Source: Candidatus Nanohaloarchaea archaeon
GTDB taxonomy: Archaea; Nanohalarchaeota; Nanosalinia; Nanosalinales; Nanosalinaceae
DNA: 64,000 nt
Assembly (NCBI GenBank): GCA_042218075.1
Contig: JBDGRK010000005.1
Span: forward strand, 87,693 to 151,692
Direction of reading: 5' to 3'
Part shown: piece after piece, positions 20,839 through 29,878 of the stretch
How the letters are laid out: every line of letters starts with the position of its first letter
How positions within the stretch are numbered: position 1 is the first letter of the stretch
Made by a program: the position numbers and the translations under genes
Notes under the pieces: generated by a model
Seen by the model: only the letters and a program-made list of their open reading frames with translations
Told to the model about the DNA's origin: nothing
The model's database searches: none

Positions 20839-21240
20839 GGGATGACGCCTTGGCACCTGACAGGTGCCGACTCGCGCCGACCGCGAAAAACTAAAACACA
20901 GGGAAAATCCACACCTGCCATCTCTACACCGTGGAAATTCTCAGGGCGACTGTCGCTTGCAAGGTGGCGGTCGTCCCCGGAACATTTTCAGCCATCCAAC
21001 TCTGCCAACTGAAAAAGGTGTCTACAATCGACGCGAACACACGAAACTTCGAGACCGAGCTTCAGGCCCAGGAAGAAACAGGAGTGAGAATGGAAACTCA
21101 GCTCCACCAGGAAGCCACGGTCTTGACCGCGACAGCCCTTTAAAACAAACGGCCGGAGAACCATTTTTCCTCCTCTCAAGACGTAATGCTTTTACACACC
21201 TCCGGCCACAGGGAGAAATCCCTGTCATCCCTCTTTTTTT
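20839..21240 (+). ncRNA. Large structured RNA of unknown class (~400 nt)
   Basis: Terminal helix 20839-46/21224-31, at least six internal helices, several G-U pairs that only work on the + strand, 3' T7 tract. Confidence 0.7.
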
Positions 21241-21712
21241 ATTCGGATGCAGCCGACTCGAAAGCCGCCCAGCCGTTCGCTATTGAATCAAGAATTGAGG
21301 TGAAGGATCTGGCCGGTTTGATGATTTTTCTCCTGCCTTTCTCCCCCTCGTTCCTGCCCCGGTACTCAAGGTAGTCGTACTTTATCACGCCAAGCCTTCT
21401 GAGCTTGGGGAGTATATTGTTCTTCAGGTTGCTCTTGCCCTTCTCATGACCCCATTCATCGAAGGAATTCAGCTTCTCAGAGTCTATTTCTCCCTCATCC
21501 TTGAGTTCCCGGAGAAAAATCTTCGCGTACTTGTTCCTCTTCGGCGACTGCTCCTGGGGGAAGAAGAGATCAACGATCTTCTCCCAGTTCCACGCCCTCT
21601 CCGACTTCTTGTACTTCTGCCGGTCCTCCGGGATCGCGATCGAATGTTTTGTTACGATAGTGGAAGTCTTTCTCGCGGTTTCGTCCACGAAAGGATGATC
21701 GTCTTCGGTCAT
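21239..21712 (-). CDS. Hypothetical protein, winged-helix-like
   Basis: 157 aa; KSNLKNNILPKLRRLGVIKY resembles a wHTH recognition helix plus wing. Confidence 0.7.
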   Translation of the reverse strand: MTEDDHPFVDETARKTSTIVTKHSIAIPEDRQKYKKSERAWNWEKIVDLFFPQEQSPKRNKYAKIFLRELKDEGEIDSEKLNSFDEWGHEKGKSNLKNNILPKLRRLGVIKYDYLEYRGRNEGEKGRRKIIKPARSFTSILDSIANGWAAFESAASE

Positions 21713-21771
21713 GTAACTCTCTTAACAAAGGAGGTATATCAATTTTTCACACCTTCCCAGCTAAACCAGAA

Positions 21772-22260
21772 TCAGAAAAAATACTAGGCCGGATAACGTC
21801 AGAAAAAGCTCATAAGTTATTATAAAACGATTCTGGATGTAGAAAGAAACGTAATCCCCCAGTCTTTCCAGGTTGCTTATTGAGAAATCTCCTTTCGAGA
21901 TTTTATTTGAAATAGACTGTATTCATTTTCCCTGAAAGGATAGAAAAAGAAAACACCTGTAGTCCTGGCGCACAAATAATCATTAAATAGGTGAAAAAAT
22001 GTATGAAGCAGTAGTCTCACACCCAGAACTGAATTGAAAATTGAGACAATAGAGGAAATAACTATCCAGAACCCGGGAGCATGGAAAAGAGACCTGTGAT
22101 GGTCCCTGACCGTTCTTGCAGTAAGTATATCAAGATCCGGTAGCATGGAGAAAAGAAATGCTGACGCCATTACTGGAACTGAAACCTCCAGAAAACCTGA
22201 TTCAGAGAGAAGAAACGTAATCAAAAATCCGGAAGTGCCGTGGAAAAGCGTGAAAATGCT
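21772..22260 (-). pseudogene. Membrane metal-dependent hydrolase (YdjM-like), frameshifted, no clear start codon
   Basis: SMLPDLD, HHRSLFHAP, HLFNDY, FFYPF motifs; the C-terminus continues in another frame (...SKGDFSISNLERLGDYVSFY...GLVFF*) from ~21900. Confidence 0.6.
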
Positions 22261-22288
22261 ATATTTTAGGAATTCAAACAGTTATAAT

Positions 22289-22861
22289 TCAGTGTTTTCT
22301 GTTCACATACTTTATCTTCCAGCCATCCCTGAATCTCTCCAGCCCGGTTACAGAGCAGTTGTCAAGCTCCAGCCTCCATACCTGCCTAGAATCACAGTTG
22401 AGTATGTAGGCGATCATCGCCCTTATAGTGCCTCCATGACAGACTACCAGAACTCTCTCGTAATCTTCTTCAGTCACTTCACCCAGTACCTCTGAAGCTC
22501 TATCCTTGTGCTCTTTCAGGCTCTCTCCCTCCTCAGGTTTCCATTCGTGGTGATCCTCTGTTTCAATCTCGTGCCACCTCTGGCTCGGCTCGTCGTGAAG
22601 CTCTCCGAGATGTCGCTCCCTGAGTTTTTCCGTCTCTTTGATTTCAATAGCTCTATCCTCAACAAGGATTTCCGCGGTTTCATATGCTCTGCTGAGGTCG
22701 CTTGAGTAAACCCCATCGAACTCAATATCCGAAAGCTTTTCTCTCAAGTTTTTCGCCTGCAGCCTTCCTCTCTGTGTAAGCTCCGAGTTGATCTGTCCCT
22801 GTATCAGATTCCTGCTATTATGCTCGGATTCTCCGTGCCTGACAAGGTAAACTTCCGTCAT
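22289..22861 (-). CDS. Histidine phosphatase (phosphoglycerate mutase family)
   Basis: LVRHGES, SSDLSRA, LRERHLG, VCHGG. Confidence 0.92.
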   Translation of the reverse strand: MTEVYLVRHGESEHNSRNLIQGQINSELTQRGRLQAKNLREKLSDIEFDGVYSSDLSRAYETAEILVEDRAIEIKETEKLRERHLGELHDEPSQRWHEIETEDHHEWKPEEGESLKEHKDRASEVLGEVTEEDYERVLVVCHGGTIRAMIAYILNCDSRQVWRLELDNCSVTGLERFRDGWKIKYVNRKH

Positions 22862-22927
22862 GTAAATAAGTTCTCGGCCAGCTTTTGATAGATTGGCTTA
22901 AAAATTTCAGATTCGATTCCTGAAAAT

Positions 22928-23431
22928 ATGGATAATCAATACGAGGAACTTTCCAGAGAACAGCTTGCGGAGGTTCTCAGTGAGCTGGAAGAGAAAATAA
23001 TGGAACTGGAAGAGGAAAGAGATGAAATGGAAGAGAAAGCGAAGAAAGTGAAGGCCGACTTTGAAAATTACAGGAAAGAAGAGGATGAAAGGAAAGAAAA
23101 ATGGAGGAAAGAGGCTGAGAGAGAACTTGCGGAGGGCATGATCGAAGTGATCGACAACCTGGAGAGGGCGATCGCATCAGCGGAAGAGGAGACCGGAGTT
23201 GTGCAGGGAGTGAAGATGGTGGCCGACCAGCTCTACGAGGAACTGAAGAAACGCGGGCTGAAAAAGATTGATGCGGAGGGAGAAGAGTTTGATCCGGAAC
23301 TCCATAAAGCCGTGGAGACCAGGGAGCACGATGAACAAAACAGGGTTCTCGAGCAGAAGAGGAAGGGATACATGTTTGAGGACGAAGTGCTGAGAGAGGC
23401 AGAAGTCGTTGTGGGTGAAAGCGATGGGTGA
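22928..23431 (+). CDS. grpE: Nucleotide exchange factor GrpE
   Basis: ADFENYRK, DNLERA, FDPELHKAV, KGYMF..VLREA. Confidence 0.95.
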   Translation: MDNQYEELSREQLAEVLSELEEKIMELEEERDEMEEKAKKVKADFENYRKEEDERKEKWRKEAERELAEGMIEVIDNLERAIASAEEETGVVQGVKMVADQLYEELKKRGLKKIDAEGEEFDPELHKAVETREHDEQNRVLEQKRKGYMFEDEVLREAEVVVGESDG

Positions 23432-23669
23432 AAATCCCCTGAAATTTCTGAGGGATATGGAAATAGAGGATTCAGATCCGTACGAGCAGATCACTAGCGA
23501 GCTTGAGAAAAGGGCTATCGGCTTCTTTGAAAGGGAATGGGAAGTTGAGGAAGATGCCGCAATGGGACCCTACCACGGCTACAGCCTGGATCTTGAGGAT
23601 GGCAGAAAAATCGAGATCATACTGGAATCAGGTACAGAAGATGCGCCTACTTACAGATTGAGGGATTGA
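23424..23669 (+). CDS. Hypothetical acidic protein between grpE and dnaK
   Basis: ATG overlaps the grpE end; acidic 81-aa ORF. Confidence 0.6.
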   Translation: MGENPLKFLRDMEIEDSDPYEQITSELEKRAIGFFEREWEVEEDAAMGPYHGYSLDLEDGRKIEIILESGTEDAPTYRLRD

Positions 23670-23723
23670 ACCTTCGTGTTTAAAAATTTTTATTGTTGTG
23701 TATAAAAACAGGTGTATTGTAAA

Positions 23724-25628
23724 ATGTCAAAGATAATCGGTATCGATCTCGGTACAACCAGAAGTGCAGTTGCAACAATCAAAAACGGAGAACCTCAGAT
23801 TCTAGAAAACTCGGAAGGGGACAGAATCACGCCCTCAATAGTAGCTTTCGACGATGGAGAGAGACTGGTCGGGAAGCCAGCTAAAAATCAGATGCTCACA
23901 AACGAGGAAAACACTGTCAAGTCGATCAAGAGGCACATGGGAGAGGAATACGAGGTCGAGCTCGAGGGAGAGGAATACACGCCGCAGGAGATCTCCGCCA
24001 TGATACTGCAGAAGCTGAAAAGCGATGCAGAAGATAAACTTGGAGAGGAAGTGGATAAAGCAGTCATCACAGTTCCAGCCCACTTCGACGACACGCAGAG
24101 ACAGGCAACAAAGGATGCCGGAGAAATAGCAGGACTCGAGGTTGAAAGGATACTAAACGAGCCTACGGCTGCCTCGCTCGCCTACGGCCTCGACGATGAG
24201 AGGGAGCAGACAGTACTTGTGTATGACTTCGGTGGCGGAACTTTCGATGTAACGATTCTTGAGATGGGAGACGGAGTGTACGAAGTCCAGTCAACCGAGG
24301 GAGACAACGACCTTGGTGGAGACGACTTCGACCAGGAGATAGTCGACTGGATACTCGAAATCTTCGAGGAAGAGAACGGAATTGACCTTAGCTCGAACGA
24401 TGAAGCGATGCAGAGACTTAGAGAGAACGCTGAAGAGGCGAAGAAAGAGCTATCCTCTAGAAAACAGACAAAGATCAACATTCCTTTCATCCACCAGGAG
24501 GATGGAGAGACTTACAATATAGACTACGAGCTTACAAGGTCAAAGTTCGAGAATCTTGTTGAGGACCTGATCCAGAGGACCACAGAACCCACAGAGACAG
24601 CGATAGAGGACGCTGGAATCGAGAAGAGCAGTATCGACGAGGTTATACTTGTTGGAGGAACCACCAGAGTTCCGGCTGTGAGGGAGCACGTCCAGGCCAT
24701 CACCGGACAGGAGCCCAGCAAGGAAGTCTCACCTGATGAAGCAGTGGCGATAGGAGCAGCGATCCAGGCAGGATCGATCTCGGGAGAGATGGACGACATC
24801 CTGCTTCTGGACGTCGCGCCTCTCTCACTGGGGGTCGAGGTCAAAGGTGGCCTGACGGAGACGCTGATCGAGAAGAACACCACAATTCCCGCAGAAGAGT
24901 CAAAGACCTTCACTACAGCACAGGACAACCAGTCAATGGTTACCGTTCACGTTGTACAGGGGGAAAGAGAGATGGCGAAAGACAACAAGTCGCTCGGCCA
25001 GTTCAATCTTGAAGGATTACCTCCTGCACCAGCGGGAAGGCCAAAGATCGAAGTGACATTCGAGATAGACGCCGACGGCATCCTCAACGTCTCCGCGGAA
25101 GAGCAGGAGTCGGGAGAGGAAGCCTCCATAACTATAGATGATGCCTCGAGACTCGATGAGGATGAGATCGAGGAAATGAAAGAAGAGGCAGAGAAACACG
25201 AGGAAGAGGACCGGAAGAGAAGAGAGTTTATAGAGACGAAGAACAAGGCGGATCAGATAATCTCCCAGGCAGACACCCAGATCGAGAACTTCGAGGACCA
25301 GGTTGATGAAGAAATCATAGATTCAGTTGAAGAAGCGATTGATAAAGTCGAGGAGGCGAAGCAAGATTCAGAAGAGATGGAAGATCTTGAGGAGGCGAAG
25401 CAAACTATTGATGAAGCGGTGGAAAAGCTCGAGGAAGAACTCCAGCAGATCGGACAGGAAATGTATGGAGGAGAAGGAGCAAGACCTGGTTTCGATCCCT
25501 CGAACATGAGCGAGGAAGACCTGAAGCAAGCAGCACAGAATATAGGTGGAGATCAACAAGGCTCTGAGGAAGTGGTTGACGCCGACTACGAGGAAGTAGA
25601 TGAGGAGGAAGAAGAAAGCCAGTCCTGA
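23724..25628 (+). CDS. dnaK: Chaperone DnaK (Hsp70)
   Basis: [27 protein letters not shown]. Confidence 0.98.
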   Translation: MSKIIGIDLGTTRSAVATIKNGEPQILENSEGDRITPSIVAFDDGERLVGKPAKNQMLTNEENTVKSIKRHMGEEYEVELEGEEYTPQEISAMILQKLKSDAEDKLGEEVDKAVITVPAHFDDTQRQATKDAGEIAGLEVERILNEPTAASLAYGLDDEREQTVLVYDFGGGTFDVTILEMGDGVYEVQSTEGDNDLGGDDFDQEIVDWILEIFEEENGIDLSSNDEAMQRLRENAEEAKKELSSRKQTKINIPFIHQEDGETYNIDYELTRSKFENLVEDLIQRTTEPTETAIEDAGIEKSSIDEVILVGGTTRVPAVREHVQAITGQEPSKEVSPDEAVAIGAAIQAGSISGEMDDILLLDVAPLSLGVEVKGGLTETLIEKNTTIPAEESKTFTTAQDNQSMVTVHVVQGEREMAKDNKSLGQFNLEGLPPAPAGRPKIEVTFEIDADGILNVSAEEQESGEEASITIDDASRLDEDEIEEMKEEAEKHEEEDRKRREFIETKNKADQIISQADTQIENFEDQVDEEIIDSVEEAIDKVEEAKQDSEEMEDLEEAKQTIDEAVEKLEEELQQIGQEMYGGEGARPGFDPSNMSEEDLKQAAQNIGGDQQGSEEVVDADYEEVDEEEEESQS

Positions 25629-25685
25629 TCTTTTACGATCCCGGAATAATAATATAAAGGAAGAGAGTAGTTGAGTTAATACAGG

Positions 25686-26750
25686 ATGCTCCAGAGTATC
25701 AGGGATAAAATCGACAGGTATAACACGGACAGGGCCGGACAGGTATTCTGGGCAGTAGTCGCCACGATAATTCTAGGAATCCTTCTCCACATGTCCGATG
25801 TCAGCAAGATGGTGGATGCCTTCCGGAGGGCGAACAAGGATTACATGTCACTATCAATTATCTTCGGTGCAACCGCGTTTGGTATATGGTCGATGAACTG
25901 GCACAACTTTTTCGAGATAACCGGTATAAAGGCAGGATTCGCAAGGACATTCCAGATATTCACCGCCAGCAGATTCCTGAACCTTGTGACACCCCTAGGA
26001 CAGTTCGGCGGACAGCCAATCATGTCGTACCTGGTCTGGAAGGAATCTAACGCCTCCTACGAGGAGGCTCTAGCGACGCTCTCATCCGCGGACCTGATAG
26101 TGATAATGCCTATAACCATCTACACGGGGATAGGATACCTTTACCTCAAGGCAAATGGCGTGGTACCGGCGGAGGTCCAGCAGGCCTCGACCCTGGCTTT
26201 GAGCCTGGCGACATTTGGTGTTTTCATGGGTTACATGGGATGGAGAAGACCCGCCATACTAAAGGATATACTATTCTTTATCGCAAGACAGGTGAGATTC
26301 TTCACAGGCAAGGACTCCAACCTGGTGGAAAAGATAGATCGCTTCTTAACCAACCTTGAGGACTCGTACAGGCATATTGGAAAGCATCCAAGAGGCATCT
26401 ACACTTCATTCGCATTTGTCCATGCATCGTATCTCTGCAAGATAATCGCTTTCTTCATAATCACGGTATCGCTCGGGATGAACATGAGCTTCTTCGAGGC
26501 GCTGATACTGATTCCCCTGGTGAGCATTGCAAACTTCAGCCCGACTCCAGGCGGAACAGGGGCGGTGGAAGCAGCTCTATCCGGGCTCACGGTAGTGGTG
26601 GTCGGTGCATCGCTCTCCACAGCACTGCTGGCCACACTGATTTACAGGATAGCCACCTACTGGCTCGGCGTCGTTCTGGGTTACGTTTCAATGGCTACTT
26701 TGAGCTTCGATGCGGACGAGTACGCAGACTTCATGGCCCAGAGAAACTGA
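25686..26750 (+). CDS. Flippase-like / lysylphosphatidylglycerol synthase TM domain protein (UPF0104)
   Basis: NLVTPLGQFGGQP, PTPGGTGAVE, YRIATYW. Confidence 0.85.
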   Translation: MLQSIRDKIDRYNTDRAGQVFWAVVATIILGILLHMSDVSKMVDAFRRANKDYMSLSIIFGATAFGIWSMNWHNFFEITGIKAGFARTFQIFTASRFLNLVTPLGQFGGQPIMSYLVWKESNASYEEALATLSSADLIVIMPITIYTGIGYLYLKANGVVPAEVQQASTLALSLATFGVFMGYMGWRRPAILKDILFFIARQVRFFTGKDSNLVEKIDRFLTNLEDSYRHIGKHPRGIYTSFAFVHASYLCKIIAFFIITVSLGMNMSFFEALILIPLVSIANFSPTPGGTGAVEAALSGLTVVVVGASLSTALLATLIYRIATYWLGVVLGYVSMATLSFDADEYADFMAQRN

Positions 26751-26792
26751 GAGCTGTAGAATCTTTTTATTCCTCAGGAATAATCATTAGTC

Positions 26793-27512
26793 ATGGAACT
26801 TAAGCCACTGATACCAAGCAGGAGACATTTATTTGAGCTGGGTTTCCTCTTTCTGGTATCACTAGTACTTCTCAACCCTCTGGAAATATCATTTTCGCTC
26901 GCATCAATAGATCTATCTCCAGAGTCGATCAAGAATGCGGTGCTGGGACTTGGAATGCTGGCACCGGTAGGGATGATTTTCCTTGACTGGCTGCAGGTAG
27001 TTATCGCCCCGATGCCTCCCGTCACGATGGTGGCGAGCGGCTACACTTTCGGATTCCTGTTCGGAAGTCTCTACAGCTTTATAGGCATGTCTCTCGGGAG
27101 CCTGACTGCTATACTGCTTGGGAGAAAGTTTGGACAGAAAGTGGTGGAAAAAGTGGTCAGCGAGGAGCACATGGAAAAGTTCCACGACCTGACTCAAAGG
27201 CACGGTCTGATAGTCTTCACCGTTATATTCCTGTTTCCAGGCTTCCCGGACGATGTTGTGTGTTACCTCGCGGGTCTGACCGATCTTGACCTGAAAAAAC
27301 TGTATCTTTCTGCATCACTTGGAAGGATACCCACTGTTTTGACCCTTACACTTACAGGAAACAGCATCGCCGTTGCAAACATAAAACTGATGGTTGGAGC
27401 GCTCGGGGTGTTCGGCGGCCTGAGTTACGTATCCGTCAGGAACGAGGAGAGAATTATACAGAGAGCTTCCAACCTTGAGAAGTCTCTAGAAGGTTTCATA
27501 CCTGGATTCTGA
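26793..27512 (+). CDS. TVP38/TMEM64 (DedA/VTT) family membrane protein
   Basis: LQVVIAPMP, GYTFG, LGRKFG, FPGFPDDVVCYLAGLT, GRIP. Confidence 0.88.
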   Translation: MELKPLIPSRRHLFELGFLFLVSLVLLNPLEISFSLASIDLSPESIKNAVLGLGMLAPVGMIFLDWLQVVIAPMPPVTMVASGYTFGFLFGSLYSFIGMSLGSLTAILLGRKFGQKVVEKVVSEEHMEKFHDLTQRHGLIVFTVIFLFPGFPDDVVCYLAGLTDLDLKKLYLSASLGRIPTVLTLTLTGNSIAVANIKLMVGALGVFGGLSYVSVRNEERIIQRASNLEKSLEGFIPGF

Positions 27513-27561
27513 ACAGATTCTTGGAAGGAATAAAAGTTTTAATGACGACAATTAAAATAAA

Positions 27562-28647
27562 ATGTCCAAGAAATACTACGAGCTCCTTGGTGTATCAGAG
27601 GACGCCTCACAGGAAGAGATAAAGAAAGCATACCGGGAAAAGGCTAAAAAGTACCACCCGGACTCCAATTCGGAGAAGGCGGACGAGGAAAAGTTCAAGA
27701 AGATCAACGAGGCCTACGATGTTCTTTCGGATGAAGATAAGAGGAAGAAGTACGACCAGTTTGGCGAGCAGGGAGTAGAAGGTCATGCTGGCAGAGGCCA
27801 GAGAAGAGCAGCATCCAACTTTCAGGATATCTTCGAACAGATCTTCGGCGGAGGAGGATTTGGTGGAAGGAGACAGAGACAGAAGAGCGGGGAAGACCTG
27901 AAGATGCATACAACCATCAGCCTAGAGGAAGCCTATCACGGGGTTGAGAAAACTTTCGAAGTGGAGAGGAAGGTAGAATGCTCCGAATGCAGTGGAACCG
28001 GTGCGGAAGGAGGAGAGACCCGTTCATGTGGAGAGTGCGGTGGAAGCGGAAGAGTCGAGAAGATGCAGAGGACACCTCTGGGTCGAGCGAGAACTGTAAC
28101 CGAGTGCCCCAAATGCGGTGGAAGGGGTGAAATCCCTGAAGAGAAATGCAGTTCATGCGGAGGTGAAGGACTCGAAAGGAAGAAGGATAAGTTGAGCGTG
28201 GATATTCCAGCGGGCGCGAGAGATGGTCAGGGGATGAAGATGCGTGGAGAGGGTAATGAATCTAGGACGGGAAGATCTGGAGACCTCTACCTGTATGTCA
28301 ATATTGAAGAACACAATATATACGAGAGGCGACAGGACGACCTATTCACGACAGTAAAGATCGGGGTTGGAGATGCAGCTCTTGGCACCTCCATCGAACT
28401 TGAACATCCTGACTCGGACATAGTCGGGGAGATTCCTGCTGGAACCCAGCCGGGACAGGTGCTGAAGTTTGAAGAAAAGGGAATGCCTCGACAGAGAGGC
28501 AGGGGAAATGGAGACATCTACATAAAGATAGATGTTGAAATCCCCGAAGAACTCTCGGAGCATCAGAGAGAAATTATGGAAGAAATGAGGATTCAAAAGC
28601 AGAAAGATAAGTCTTTCTTTGAAACTGTGAAAGACTTTATCTCCTAG
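27562..28647 (+). CDS. dnaJ: Chaperone DnaJ
   Basis: J domain with HPD, G/F region, four CxxCxGxG repeats. Confidence 0.97.
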   Translation: MSKKYYELLGVSEDASQEEIKKAYREKAKKYHPDSNSEKADEEKFKKINEAYDVLSDEDKRKKYDQFGEQGVEGHAGRGQRRAASNFQDIFEQIFGGGGFGGRRQRQKSGEDLKMHTTISLEEAYHGVEKTFEVERKVECSECSGTGAEGGETRSCGECGGSGRVEKMQRTPLGRARTVTECPKCGGRGEIPEEKCSSCGGEGLERKKDKLSVDIPAGARDGQGMKMRGEGNESRTGRSGDLYLYVNIEEHNIYERRQDDLFTTVKIGVGDAALGTSIELEHPDSDIVGEIPAGTQPGQVLKFEEKGMPRQRGRGNGDIYIKIDVEIPEELSEHQREIMEEMRIQKQKDKSFFETVKDFIS

Positions 28648-29378
28648 ATCGCCTGTTTGATATAAGGAATAATGTACATTCCAAATACTCCGACTGAAAA
28701 CACGATCAGGTGTCTTATCCACTGATCGCTCTGCTTGAACTCGGGAAGTAGGTCGCTGCCGGCTATATAGACAAAGTTTCCAATCACCAGTGGGAGGAGT
28801 ATAGGAACTGTGGAGGCGGATACCTCTGACAACACTATCACCATTCCAGCCCCCAGAAACATGAAAAGGCTAACTCCGACATTCACTGCGAGAGCCTTCA
28901 AGCGGGAGAAACCTCCATCAACCATCACACCAAAGTCCCCAAGTTCTTTAGGAATCTTGTGAGCGATCACTGCTACAGTGGCGGCAACTCCTGTAGACAC
29001 AGAGGCAAGAAAGCTTGCAGCTATAAGAATCCCATCAAGAATATTGTGGAGAGAATCTCCGACAGCAAGCACATAGGGAATAGGTTCAGCATGGTTCTCC
29101 CGATGATGGCAGTGCCAGTGAATCAGTCTCTCGAGTACAAAAGAACCTCCCATTCCAACCAGTATAAGCAGACCTGTGAACCTGCCGTAGCTGAACTTAT
29201 TCGCCAGCCTGAAAACAAGGTGGATGAAAACGCCTCCGAAGATTGTTCCTGCGGATAGTGAAATCAGGTATGGCATGAGAGAATCAAACTCTTCCCTGGA
29301 AACGAAAAGCAGGAAAGCTCCGATAGCCGATAACAGAGACGTCACAATAAGGCTCAAAAACACCTCTCTCATTACCAT
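28644..29378 (-). CDS. ZIP family metal transporter
   Basis: HWHCHH loop, [27 protein letters not shown]. Confidence 0.92.
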   Translation of the reverse strand: MVMREVFLSLIVTSLLSAIGAFLLFVSREEFDSLMPYLISLSAGTIFGGVFIHLVFRLANKFSYGRFTGLLILVGMGGSFVLERLIHWHCHHRENHAEPIPYVLAVGDSLHNILDGILIAASFLASVSTGVAATVAVIAHKIPKELGDFGVMVDGGFSRLKALAVNVGVSLFMFLGAGMVIVLSEVSASTVPILLPLVIGNFVYIAGSDLLPEFKQSDQWIRHLIVFSVGVFGMYIIPYIKQAI

Positions 29379-29460
29379 AAAATTCACTTTGCTCGCAATC
29401 TTTTAACATCTCAAAAAAACGAAAGTGGAATAAGGTTTCTCGCATAATTAACTAGATATT

Positions 29461-29838
29461 ATGAAACTCGCACACACGATGCTCCGGACTGGTTCCCCAC
29501 AGCAAATGATAGATTTCTACAGAGAGGCCTTTGGATTCGAGTTAAGAGAGAAGAAAGAGATGGACACATTCACGCTCTACTTCCTCAGGCATCCGGATCA
29601 GACAGCTGAACTTGAACTGACCTACAACCATGGAAAAGACGATAAGTACGAGAAGGGAGAGGGATTCGGACACATTGCGATCCGTTCAGACGAAGATCAA
29701 TCACTCGAGGAGGCGTTCCAGAAAGCGGTGGAAGCGGGAGGAGAGGATTACCGACCCCCGGAAGAATGTCCCGGCAACTACGCCTTCGTCAAGGATCCGG
29801 AAGGCTACGAGGTGGAGATACTGGGGAGAAGCGCCTAA
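29461..29838 (+). CDS. gloA: Lactoylglutathione lyase / VOC family
   Basis: HTMLR, LELTYN, GFGHIA, FVKDPEGYEVE. Confidence 0.85.
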   Translation: MKLAHTMLRTGSPQQMIDFYREAFGFELREKKEMDTFTLYFLRHPDQTAELELTYNHGKDDKYEKGEGFGHIAIRSDEDQSLEEAFQKAVEAGGEDYRPPEECPGNYAFVKDPEGYEVEILGRSA

Positions 29839-29878
29839 AGGCCAGGCGAATTTTAAAATTTGAGGGGTTTTTCACTTT

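Noticed and set aside
21099-21109. CAGCTCCACCA resembling a tmRNA/tRNA-Ala 3' end
   Set aside because: No T arm precedes it, and it lies within the internal reading frame and a hairpin; likely coincidence.
20839-21240. RNase P RNA or SRP RNA identity for the large structured RNA
   Set aside because: GGGAAAATCC only loosely resembles GAGGAAAGTCC and the 3' ACAGAA..GGCTTA is missing; CAGGCCCAGGAAG does not complete SRP helix 8, and there is no long helix 5. Not excluded without cmscan.
20864-21286. 140-aa ORF, and minus-strand ORFs, across the structured region
   Set aside because: Arg/Pro-rich and non-acidic, overlaps the convergent gene, no motif; likely spurious.
21239-21712. SmpB identity for the 157-aa protein
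   Set aside because: Similar length only; lacks the NRKA, EAGIVL and EVKS motifs and looks like a winged helix.
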